A DNA stretch of 64,000 bases from Lytechinus pictus (Eukaryota). The notes beneath the pieces were generated by a model, which did not search any database, had not been told where the DNA came from, and was given only the letters and a program-made list of their open reading frames with translations. The stretch spans positions 7,380,001 through 7,444,000 of the forward strand of contig NC_087251.1 of NCBI RefSeq assembly GCF_037042905.1, written 5' to 3'. This document shows positions 1 to 12,700 of the stretch, one piece after another (the stretch's first letter is position 1; the number at the start of each line of letters is the position of its first letter). A program made the position numbers and the translations under genes.

Positions 1-662
1 TATCATTTTGAATTATGAACTGTTTATTATTTACGAAGGCTTGCTGAAAAAAAATCTTCATATTTCATTAAGACTGAATTTTCGTGTTTTATGTTAAGAA
101 AAGTAAGTGTATATCAATGTGAATATGTTTTGACTAATGGAGGAAATAAGACCAGACATTTTCAGTAGAAACGACCCGGATATTCTTTATTATGTTAATA
201 TTGTTTGTAGACTCTGTAATCTGTTGTTTGGTTATATCTAATTGACAAATATAAAGAGATGAATCGACTAATTATCAAATAAATCAGTTTATGATAACAC
301 AAAGAAATAATACTTAAAAATCCATACGGCAAAAATCGACAGTAATTCTGCAAAGGTAATAATTCATTCCACTTCATAAATAGATCCACAACTCGTACAA
401 TTTTCAAAACAATTTCAATTTGGATTTAACGTATGGATTTTGCCAATGTGCTTTATTTTTTTCCAGCCACATCCATCACCTTTATTTTGTGGATAGTAGA
501 ATTTATCGCATGGATAGTAGAAAGAATTTAGGAGGGGCAAATAAATCCGAAAACAAATTCAAAGGCGAAGTTGTCAGGAAAATAATGGTATATGGGTTTA
601 GTGTGGATTTCCGATCATTTATTAAAGGTATAGGTATTATATTCAGAAGATTGCAACGTTAC

Positions 663-774
663 CGAACTTGTGTCGTAAGATTCATTCAACCATAGGATGT
701 CCTCGATGAACAGGACGACAGGGCGAAGTAAAGCCATTTGATATATGCAAATTTTAAGTCGATAAAAGCTCTCC
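663..774 (-). CDS. OSTalpha-like exon 5 (ESFYRLKICIYQMALLRPVVLFIEDILWLNESYDTSS)
   Basis: 112-nt exon; acceptor ggaaacag, donor TCG|GTAACG; lies within track ORF 615..824. Confidence 0.85.
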
Positions 775-3700
775 CTGTTTCCATAAAAAGAAAATAACAG
801 GGAAGTAACTGTCAATTTAGCCATCGTATTATTCCTTCAACCGTGTAGTTAGTTTTAAGATCAAATTTTATACGCATCGTTTCCTGTGATAAAATACTTT
901 AAGGCCTATTTAACAATTTTTAAATGAATACTTAAGCAGGGACTGATCGGGGATTTTCCAAAGGAGTACATTTTTATTCAGAATACTCTGACAAGCACAA
1001 AAGGGGGATGCGGATGTGCCCACAATAATTTAGTTTTCGCTTTTAGTACGCGGAAACTCTCTACAACGCATCGACTCCTTTGAAAAAGCACACTGGAGAG
1101 CTGAGAGGTTTTTGTCAAAAGTTGGTGGACTGGAACAGCAGATCATCCGAAGATTTGCCGCGGAAGAACAATTGCAAATATGCCGTTGTCCAGAGTCAAG
1201 AGATTTCGATGCTGTTCCGGTCCACCAACTTTGATTTGACTAACATTTTCAAAGGATTGGTGTTGCACTGTAGAGAGATTCCTCCTAGGAAATTCAGACT
1301 GTACGATAATATCGTTAGCGAGATGTAAAATTATTGGACATTAATAATAATGTTATAGAAATTACAACAGACGTTGCATGAGTTTGTATATAAACTTATA
1401 GAATTGGCATGTAGGCCTACATCCAAATCAGGATTTTTGAAAAATACGGCTTAAAATAAAGGTGACGAAAGGCAGAAGGAAAGTGGAGGAGGTTAACATC
1501 TAAACTGTACATTTTAATTTGATTCGAATTTCTTTTTTTTTTAATCATCATAATATTTAATCATGGACCATAATGAAAAATCCTCGCCATGTAAAATTTG
1601 TTTGTTTTATTTTGAATAAAAAATGCCCTATTACTGTAAAAAAAAAAATGAAGCGATTAAAAAATACATATATATCTTACTCGGTAAGTTGGAGTGTGCC
1701 TAGTATTTGCATCTCACTTATCTTGGTCACAGTAGCATCATGGCCGCCATAATAGTAAATGATCAACTGTACAAAATGGTAGAGACTGACCGAAAAGAAG
1801 CTAAAAGACAATCGCAGATCGATAGGTAAATAAACAAAAAGACAGAGATACAGACAGACATTTAAAAGATATCATTTAGTATATTCAGTATACAGAAAAA
1901 AAAATAGAAGGCGGAGGCAAGATTGGTTGGTCGTTTGAGGGGGGGGGGGGGGTAGGGAGAGTAATAGAAAGATTATCCCCCATCTTCAGACGTCTATCAC
2001 GATGGGTAGCATCAATTAAAGATGTCACGGGTGGTGCTCATATCTCCACTCTCGATCACGTGTATAATATCATTAATTGATAAATTGTGTTTATTATCCA
2101 CCCATTTCGCCAAATCATGGATTAAAAAGACCACGCGGAACCGTGGCGTACCGTGGGTCACTGCATGGGGGGGGGGGGGGGTGTTACACCCACAAATGTA
2201 ATAATCGCCCACAAATGTAATAACGCCCACAAATGTAATAACACTTTACCCACAAATGTAATAACGCCCACAAATGTAATAACACTTTACCCACAAATGT
2301 AATAATTTCACCCACAAATGTAATAATGCACTTTACCCACAAATGTAATAATTTTTGATCGCCCACAAATGTAATAATGACTTTACCCACAAATGTAATA
2401 AATTTGAAGGGATTTTTGGCGAATCCGTTCTAAACTAAAATCCTATAGTAATGCGTTCATATAGCACAAAAGTGCAAAGTCTTTTTTCCAGACCCGGTTA
2501 ATAAAACATTATAGTACAAGTCCAAGGTCTTTTTCCAGACCCGGTTGTTTCAAAATTACAATATACGTCCAAAGTCTTTTCTCCAGACCCGGTTGTTTCA
2601 AGAATTATAATATACATCCAAAGTCTTTTTCCAGACTCGTTTAATTCAAAAATTATAATATACGTCAAAAGTCTTTATTCCAGACCCGGTTAATTAAAAA
2701 ATTATAATGTAAGTCCAAAGTCTTTCTTCCAGACCCGGTTGTTTAAAAAATTATAACATACGTCCAAAGTCTTTTTTCCAGACCCGGTTGTTTGAAAAAT
2801 TATTACATAAGTCCAAACTAAGATACGATAATGATATTCGAGTGGTATAAAAATGAGAATCAAGCTTAGTCTTTTCTCCAGACCCAGTTAATTAAAACTG
2901 GTGGAAAAGTAACAAAGACCCCAACTCTCTTATTAATGTTGAATAACATAGAAATATAGTGTAGTCTTTCATCCAGACCCAGATCTTTCAAATATAAATG
3001 AATAATAATAATAAATTAGTAATAATAAAAAAGCAAGCAAAGACCCACGATCCTATTTATGTTGAATAACATGGAAATATAGCGTAGTCTTTCCTCAAGA
3101 CCCAGATCTTTCAAATAACAAATGAATAATAATAATAATAAATTAGTAATAATAAAAAGCCAACAAAGACCCACGATCCTATTTATGCTGAATAACATGG
3201 AAGTATAGCGTAGTCTTTCCTCAAGACCCAGATCTTTCAAATAACAAATGAATAATAATAATAATAATAAATTAGTAATAATAAAAAAGAGAGAGTTTTC
3301 TTTATTCCAGACCTTGTCATTTTCAAAATATAAGATAAATGAAATCCTCATAACTAAGACACAATCCTATTATTGTGCCTGTTCAACATGAATAAGATGA
3401 TTGGGGGAGTATTTCATCAACATTTATGTCCGACAAGTTGTCAGATCTGACAACTGTCCTTGATGTTGATTGGCTAAGAAGCAGTGCTACCATGGTAAGT
3501 GTCGGATAAAACGTCAGACAACTCCTTTCATGAAATGCTCCCCGGGCTCTAAGTTTTGATGTTGTTTTTTTTTATCATAAATGTCTTTGCCTGGAAGAAA
3601 AAGTGAATGTTTAATTACATCATTCATTACAGGATGTTAGGCTGGAAGAGGGATGATTTTTTTTTCTTTTTTTTAATAAACAGGTCTGGTCAAATTAAGT

Positions 3701-6700
3701 ATGCGTCATCACAAGGGTTTTATAGTTTGGAAGATGCTGGGGTCAAAGTTTTAAGATTAATGTTTCGCTTAATTTGTATTTTTAAGAGAACTGTGTGATT
3801 GTTAAAGAAAACACTCTAAGTCCAAGCATTTTAAGTGGGTTTAATTTTGAAGATTGGTCTTAGCTGTGATTTTTTTTTCAATATTTGTTTATCTTTTAAA
3901 TAACCGAGTCTAGACGAAAGACTAAGCATAATACTCGGGTTATTCCACAAGAATCAGAATATGACAAAGTCTTTTGTTTTTAAGATTGTTAAAATCATTT
4001 TTTAATTACTCGGTCTGGAATAAAGACAACGCTCTAAACATGTGCTTTTCTACATGCATGGTCTTAATTTGGAGGATTGTTGATTCTCAGATTCGTTGTT
4101 GGGGGTTGGGTTTTATTGATTTTTTATTCTTGAAATAATTGTGTCTGGAGGAAAGTCGATCTTCGACAGTCGGTCTTCATGTTATTCCACAGTAATTTTA
4201 TTATTGGATATTCGTTTTAGAATATTTGTAAAAACTATTTTATTTTTTTTAAATAATAACCAAGTCTGGAGAAAGGATGTTTGCTTAACCCATGCATTAT
4301 TACAATGTTTTGTAGGGGTCGTAGTCATGGGCGGAAATCCCAGGGGGACAGGGGGACGTGTCCCCCCTACTAAAAATAGTAGGGGGACACACTATCAAAT
4401 GTTCCCCCTATTATTTCTGGTCTTCTATGATGGTAAGAAATTCATCATTCAAAATCGAAATAAAACATGTATTTTAGGACGAGATGACCTTACTTTCGGG
4501 TGATAACCTTTTTTTTTTGCTTGTCAAATTTTCCAGACCCTTGTCCCCCTACCTTTTGGGAGAGATTTCCGCCCCTGGTCGTAGTATTATTTTTTTTAAA
4601 TGGGTGTGGGGTAAAGACATATTTTTTTGCTGGGTGAAACTTTGGAAAATTGGTCTTAGATTTGAAGTTTTTTAATTCATTTTTAGAATAGCCGGGTCTG
4701 GAGGAAAGAGTACTATTGATTCTCAATTTACCCTTAGCGCATATATTCACAATATACGCCGTATAAGTTAAAACAACAACAAAGACATTAATTCCATTAG
4801 TTTTAATTAACTGGGTCTGGAGAAAAGACTAAGCTCGATTCTCATTTTTATTCCACTGGAATATCATTATCGTATCTTAGTATGGACTTATATTAAAATT
4901 TTTGAAATAAACAGGTCTGGAAAAAGACTTCGGACTTATATTAACATTTTTTAAACAACCGGGTCTGGAAAAAGACTTGGACTTATATTGTAATTGTTTA
5001 ATTATCCAGGTCTGGAAAGATGACTGCACTTTTGTGCTATATGAACGCAGTGCTATAGGGTTTAGTTTTAATTTTAAGTAACCGGGTCTGGAGAAAAGAC
5101 TACGCTTGATTCTCAATTTACTCTTAGCGCATATATTCACAATATATGCCATATAAGTTGGAACAACAATAAAGACATTAATTCCACCAGTTTTAACTAA
5201 CTGGGTCTTGAGAAAAGACTAAGCTCGATTCTCATTTTTTTTTCCACTGGAATATCATTATTGTATCTTAGTTTGAACTTATATTAAGATTTTTGAAACA
5301 ACCGGGTCTGAAAAAAGACTTTGGACTTATATTATTATTTTTGAAACAACCGGGTCTGGAAAAAAAGACTTTGGACATATATTATATTTTTTGAAACAAC
5401 CGGGTCTGGAAAAAAGACTTTGGACTTATATTATTATTTTTGAAACAACCGGGTCTGGAAAAAAAGACTTTGGACATATATTATAATTTTTGAAACAACC
5501 GGGTCTGGAAAAAGACTTTGGACCTATATTATTATTTTTGAAACAACCGGGTCTGGAAAAAAAGACTTTGGACATATATTATAATTTTTGAAACAACCGG
5601 GTCTGGAAAAAGACTTTGGACCTATATTATTATTTTTGAAACAACCGGGTCTGGAAAAAAAAGACTTTGGACATATATTATAATTTTTGAAACAACGGGG
5701 TCTGGAAAAAGACTTTGGACTTATATTATAATTTTTTAAACAACCGGGTCTGAAAAAAAGACTTTGGACTTATATTATTATTTTTGAAACAACCGGGTCT
5801 GGAAAAAGACTTTGGACCTATATTATTATTTTTGAAACAACCGGGTCTGGAAAAAAAAGACTTTGGACATATATTATATTTTTTGAAACAACCGGGTCTG
5901 GAAAAAAGACTTTGGACTTATATTATTATTTTTGAAACAACCGGGTCTGGAAAAAAAGACTTTGGACATATATTATAATTTTTGAAACAACCGGGTCTGG
6001 AAAAAGACTTTGGACCTATATTATCATTTTTGAAACAACCGGGTCTGGAAAAAAAAGACTTTGGACATATATTATAATTTTTGAAACAACGGGGTCTGGA
6101 AAAAGACTTTGGACTTATATTATAATTTTTTAAACAACCGGGTCTGAAAAAAAGACTTTGGACTTATATTATTATTTTTGAAACAACCGGGTCTGGAAAA
6201 AAAGACTTTGGACATATATTATTATTTTTGAAACAACCGGGTCTGGAAAAACACTTTGGACTTATATTATAATTATTGAAACAACCGGGTCTGAAAAAAA
6301 GACTTTGGACTTATATTATAATTTTTGAAACAACCGGGTCTGGAAAAAAAGACTTTGGACTTATATTATATTTTTTGAAACAACCGGGTCTGGAAAAAAG
6401 ACTTTGAACTTATATTATTATTTTTGAAACAACCGGGTCTGAAAAAAAGGCTTTGGACTTATATTATAATTTTTGAAACAACCGGGTCTGGAAAAAAAGA
6501 CTTTGGACATATATTATAATTTTTGAAACAACCGGGTCTGGAAAAAGACTTTGGACCTATATTATTATTTTTGAAACAACCGGGTCTGGAGAAAAAAGAC
6601 TTTGGACATATATTATAATTTTTGAAACAACGGGGTCTGGAAAAAGACTTTGGACTTATATTATAATTTTTTAAACAACCGGGTCTGAAAAAAAGACTTT

Positions 6701-9700
6701 GGACTTATATTATTATTTTTGAAACAACCGGGTCTGGAAAAAAAGACTTTGGACATATATTATATTTTTTGAAACAACCGGGTCTGGAAAAACACTTTGG
6801 ACTTATATTATAATTATTGAAACAACCGGGTCTGAAAAAAAGACTTTGGATTTATATTACAATTTTTTAAACAACCAGGTCTGAAATAAGACTTTGGACT
6901 TGCATTATAATTTTTGAATTAACCGGGTCTGGAAAAAAGACTTTGGACGTATATTATAATTTTGAAACAACCGGGTCTGGAAAAAGACTTTGGACTTGTA
7001 CTATAATGTTTTATTAACCGGATCTGGAAAAAAGTCTTTGCACATTTGTGCTTTATGAAGGCATTACTATAGGATTTTAGTTTAGAACGGATTCGCCAAA
7101 AATCCCTTCAAATTTATTACATTTGTGGGTAAAGTCATTATTACATTTGTGGGCGATCAAAAATTATTACATTTGTGGGTAAAGTGCATTATTACATTTG
7201 TGGGTGAAATTATTACATTTGTGGGTAAAGTGTTATTACATTTGTGGGCGTTATTACATTTGTGGGTAAAGTGTTATTACATTTGTGGGCGTTATTACAT
7301 TTGTGGGCGTTATTACATTTGTGGGTGCAACAGGGGGCACCAGCAAAAAATTTGAGCCACTTAGTGGGAGCGTGCAGCGCGCTTGATAGCCAGGTACATG
7401 TATATCGACCTAATAGAGATATTTTAAGGACCGTGCCATGAAAATGATATGTATCTCACTAATCAAAGAACGTGAGCGCGAAGCCTGAGCTGAAAATGTT
7501 GATATTCAGACCTTAAAAAGGGACATTATAAGCAAATGTTTGTAATCATAATACGTACCCGTCTTGCTAAACAAGCAATGTGAGGGCGGAGTGCGAGCCT
7601 AAAATTTGTGTATATATCAGGGGCCGCGGAACGGTTTTCAAATGGGGGGGGGGGCTGAGCCGAAAGTGGGGGGGGGGGCTGACCATGCTAAAAATCACAA
7701 TCATATGGTCATTTTTACATTTTTGTACACGGTTTTGGAAAAAAGTGCGGGGGGGGGGCTGAAGCCCCCCCCCCCCAGCCCCCCCCCCCGGTTCCGCGGC
7801 CCCTGTATATGGACCTCAAACAGGGACGTTTTAAGGACTAGTTTTCAGGAATTCATAAAGAGTGTACATATTTCACTTTAGCCATCTAATGTGAGCGCCA
7901 AGCGTGTTCTGATTTTTTTTAGAATTACATCTAAACGCATGAAAACATTTTTGTAGTATTGTAATCATGAATATAGGGCCTACATATCTCACTAATCAAA
8001 TGTTGCGAGCGCGAAGCGCGAGCTGAAATTCGGTGTTTTTATATTCAGACCTACGTGACGTCATATTTCCTACATATCGAATGGTAAAAAATGTAATTTT
8101 CTCACAAAATTGAAAATGCTTTTATTGTACATTCAGTATATCAATAGATAGATCATTTTACATCCATTCCTGGGTAGCTGCTCGTTTATGACGTCACAAA
8201 TCCAAAACTTAAAATTGTAATAAGTTCATTAATCTTTGATGGATTTTCCTCAAACATTCACCAATATTTTTTTGTTACTTTTTCTGCTATTTTTACAGCA
8301 AACTTTTCTTCAGGATGAACTTCCCCTTTAAACACCTTGAACAGGATTATTCATCTCATTTAACAGACAATGCGAGCGACAGGAATGACGAACACTGGCC
8401 CTAAGCAAATTATGTTTCACAAAGTTATGAAAAAATATATCTTATATAATATGATATAATATTACATAATATAATATATAACTTGTACTACTTTCCCAAC
8501 TACGTTTATCTTTCCTTTTCCCTCTTTCTCTCATTTTACTTCCGTTGTTTTTGGGGGCCAGCCGATGGGGGGAGGGGGGCACGTGCCCCCCGTAGTTACG
8601 CCACTGGCGCGGAATATTATGCATGCATCAAAATATTGTGAGAGGTGATTTGAAATGCTTCTCATTTAGCTCAATGAATCTTCATTTCTGGTCTCTATTT
8701 CTCCAGTGATTAATTTGGATGCCTTAAATACCTAATGATAATCGTCTTACATGGATGCAGTAAGATTACACATCAACACGGCCCTTGGGATGAAAAGACC
8801 CATCTGTGACGTCACTGCAAATATCTGTTAATCAGAGAGAAAAACAATTCCGGATCGCATCATGATAAATATAATGAGCGATGTTTTCTGTAGGCCTATA
8901 CGCTAGTCGATCTGTACATGGTGGGTATGATGTTGGTTTCACATCTCAAACAGGCCTATAGATCTACAGACAAGACCAACACAGTGCGTTTCAGAAAAAA
9001 GGTAATCCAAATCTAGAGGGCCTATATTCGGATCATATTTAATTTTGTGGAATTATTCTGCATGGATATGAAAGAAAAACTCATCAGCTTTCCATTGTTA
9101 CCCTATTCGTACCATCTGCGCCACTCATGACCGAATTAATTGATGTTGAAGACAACAGGTGCAGGTACCACTTTTAAAGTTTTGCGTTTGATAGAATAAA
9201 CTGTAAAAAAAGGTAATTTTTGGAATGAAGAGTCAAGGCATTCTCTGAAATGGTGATTGAAATGTTATAATTCACCCACACCTTCAACATATCTTCCTCT
9301 CCTTTACACACAAAACCTGAAGCGTGGAGGGAGTAAGGATATCTTACAGCTCGTATTACCATTGTCGGAACAAAAAAGCTTCCACCTAATATCAGTTGCG
9401 GATCCAGGGGGGCACAGGGGGCGCCCCCCCCCTCAAAAAAGAAAAAAAAGGCGCTGCTTGAAAAAATAAAAATAAAGGAAAGAAAAGAAAAGGCGCCGCT
9501 TAAAAAAATTATACACCGATATAATATTAGCAACAGTAGAGTAAAGACTATCCCCCAGCAAAGCACAACCATATCATCTTCCTTATCTTTTCTTTTAACT
9601 ACCCTTTTCCCAACAACTTCGCCGGTTAAAAATAATCAGCAGTGCGCTGCCTGCATATAACTGGCGCCAATCAAGATAATCAGCACCACCTAAATCTAAA

Positions 9701-12700
9701 TCGGCGCCGGACAAGAATAATCAGCGCCATTTGGTTATAAATCGGCGCCAGTCAAGAAAAAAATCGGCACTGCCAGAGTCTTAACCGGCGCCGATCAAGG
9801 ATAATCAGCGCCACCTAAATCGAAATCGGCACTGGACAAGAATAATCAGCGCCATCTGGTTATAAATCGGCGCTGCCAGAGTCTTAACCGGCGCCGATCA
9901 AGAATAATCAGCTCCACCTAAATCTAAATCGGCGCCGGGCAAGAATAATCGGCGCCGTCTGGTTATAAATCGGCGCCGGTATAGAAAAATCGGCACTGCC
10001 TGAGTTCTTAACCGGCGCCAATCAAGGATAATCAGCGCCACCTATATCTAAATCGGGGCTAGTCAAGAATAATCAGCGCCATCTGGTTATAAATCGGCGC
10101 TGCCTGGGTCTTAACCGGCGCCGATAAAGAATAATCAGCTCCACCTAAATCTAAATCGGCGAAGGACAAGAATAATCAGCACCACCTGGTTAAAAATCGG
10201 CGCCAGTCAAGAATAATCGGCGCCTCCTGGTTCTAAATCGGCGCCAGTCGATTATGAATTGCCATTGCCTGAATCATACGTGACGTCGGTAAAAATAATC
10301 AGCACTACTTGTTCTAAATCAGCGCCGGTCAAGTCAAATCGGCGATGCCTTTGTCTTAACCGGCGCCACCTAAATTTAAATCGGCGCCGGGCAAGAATAA
10401 TCAGCGTCCCCTGGTTCCAATAAATAGGCGCCGGTAGAATAACGAAGAAGGGCCTATTGCCAACCAAATCTAGATCGGCGCCGGTCAAGAATGATCAGCG
10501 GCACCTGGTTATACATTTTATTGTTGAATGGTCATAACAAAGCTTATCGCATGCCCTTACAGAGTGGACTGGGGCGGGGCAGTTGCCCACAGATGTCATG
10601 AAATCTTTAATTTGTTATTCCAGAATCCCAAATCCCAGAATCATACAAAAGCGTAGAGCAAATTTTTTAATTTTGATCTTATTTTCCAATGCTTTAATAA
10701 AAAAACGTCAGTCAATTTTCTTCTTTACACATTCCACATTGTGCCACCTCTATGGCCTTTAGAGTAAGACAGCTACTATCATGACTATAGTGTTTTATGA
10801 AGATGATTCGATATTTTAGTCCAAAACTTTGCTAAAACCCGTTGCTAATACCGGGAGTGTATAATTACGCAACCAGACGTATATTCGTTAGACCTTAAAC
10901 CACTAAGTATCATTTTCAATGTATAAATACAGTTTGTCAATACCTTTGTTTTAACGTTTAAATGTTTACGCCACAAAATTTGATTCATTTTCATCTTCCA
11001 TTAAGTTAAATATTATTCATCTGATCACTCAGGAAGAAGTTAAAAACAAAGATAACGATACCTGTAAAACTGGAGAACTATTTCCAAAGCTCTGTCTTGA
11101 AGGATCTCTTTCTGAATTCAGGTCATAAGCATCATAACCAGTTTCATCAAAGTAATTAGATAAAAATTACTCATCATTACAAATTGCATTAGATTTAGTG
11201 AAAAGCATCACAATATATACCAAATATTGTATATAGGCCTATACATCATGTACATGAAAATTGAATGATATACCTGGATTGGTGATGTATTCCGAATGAT
11301 TCATGATGTAGTATCATTGTATATATAGAGGCGTCGATCCTGGGGGGGGGGGGCGATCACCCCACCAATGAAAATATTGGGGGGGGGGGCAAACATATCG
11401 TTTTGCCCAATAATTCCCGATCAGCTGTTGTGAAAACAATTTTTTCCCTTAACATTTCATGAAAACTATGAAAAATGTGCAAATGTGAGTTGTGCACCAA
11501 ATACTTTTATTACACTTGTAAAAAAAAATAATCGCCCCATTGAGGAGCTCGGTCCGTTTACTCTATCGTTTTTTTTTTCAAAAATATGTTCGAGTCTTGC
11601 CCCCCCCCCCCCCCCCCCCGGAAATATTATCTGCGTGTGGTCATGCAAAATGGCATGACTGGATATCCTATATTTTGAAAAGAGCATTTGACAGGGTCAG
11701 ACTTTACCCCCTTTTCAACATTTTCTTTTATGGCGCCGGTGAAGTGCAAAAATTAAAATTATGTGCGCCGCTCGGCAGTGCCCCCCCCCCCTTTCGCCAA
11801 AAGCTGGATCCGCCTATGAATATGTCGAATTCGGCCCTGCAAATCATCAAGATCTTAAGGAGGAATTACAAATACCTTGTGTTTTTTTTGTATCCTCAAA
11901 GGAAACAATCACAGGCGCTGGGTCAGGGAATCTTGGTGGCCTTTCTATACGTCATGGTTAAGGGCAACACATTCATGTCCAAACTTCAAAGAGTTCTTTG
12001 AGTCTACCTCGAAAAATTTTGGAACGATGGACAGGAGTGCTAGTCCTGAATCCACCAAAGACTCGGACGCTGGTACACTCCTCGAACCTGCCTATCAAAA
12101 TTTGGTCCAACGACTGTCGTACAATCTCCTCATTAATCACTTGCAAGTACATTCGCCTATTTGCAGTCCTTTGGAAGAAAAAGGTCCAATCAAGATTTTT
12201 GCAAGCTCAGGATTTGGTGAAAGTATTTACATCAGCATCTGCTCTTTCATCAAGTTTTCAAAAACTTGGAAAAATTGGTACCTGCACGGCTGCACCTGTT
12301 TTCTTCAACATCTGTCATGCGTGGCACAAATGTCACAAATATGGTACCAATGGAAAGCTGATGAGTTACTCTTTTACATCCATGCATAATAATTCCACAA
12401 AATTTAATGCGATCCGAATACCAGCCCTCTAGATTTGGATTACCTTTTTTCTGAAACGCACTGTATGGGGGGAAACTTGAATTATAGAAGCATTTGGGGG
12501 TAAAAGGTTGAGTACCGGTCTACACTCTTCATATCTATACTGGCTGCCAAATCGACATTTTAAAAATCTCTTTTTCTTATATTCGCTCTCCAGACATGTA
12601 GGCCTACCCGGGGGGGGGGGGGGGGCACTTCCGTTGACGAGTGGATACCATGCGCGACCATGCATGGGGTCTCGAAAAGTACCCTAAACAAGTATTTTCC

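Larger units (their letters stand above)
2182..7332. mobile_element. Foldback-type element with long modular terminal inverted repeats
   Basis: TGTTACACCC...GGGTGCAACA ends. The arms mirror each other (2182-2906 vs 5181-7332): ~20-bp outer repeats, a unique spacer and ~44-45-bp inner repeats. Inserted in a G run. Confidence 0.85.
2141..8606. mobile_element. hAT-like non-autonomous element (host of nested insertions) in OSTalpha intron 3
   Basis: Termini ccgtggcgta / ttacgccactg; flanks acgcggaa (2133-2140) and gcgcggaa (8607-8614), an 8-bp TSD with 1 mismatch. Confidence 0.6.
8982..12463 (-). mobile_element. Decayed Tc1/mariner-superfamily transposon in OSTalpha intron 2
   Basis: TIR cagtgcgtttcagaaaaaaggtaatccaaatctagaggg is mirrored at 12425-12463 and followed by TA; contains transposase remnants. 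Confidence 0.8.

Noticed and set aside
3016..3351. 111-aa ORF with internal duplication
   Set aside because: Product of ~120-bp tandem repeats in the foldback element; the ORFs at 2184-2390 and 7125-7355 are likewise TIR repeats.
5290..7030. CRISPR-like appearance of the regular 44-45-bp array
   Set aside because: No unique spacers (whole units repeat), no cas genes, eukaryotic context; it is a transposon-arm satellite.
11072..11160. Exon-like minus-strand stretch (NYFDETGYDAYDLNSERDPSRQ...LQ|GT)
   Set aside because: No convincing acceptor, lies inside nested transposon DNA, and is not needed for the OSTalpha frame.
11540..12432. Plus-strand ORFs of 144-170 aa
   Set aside because: They are antisense to a decayed transposase and TIR; no coding hallmarks of their own.
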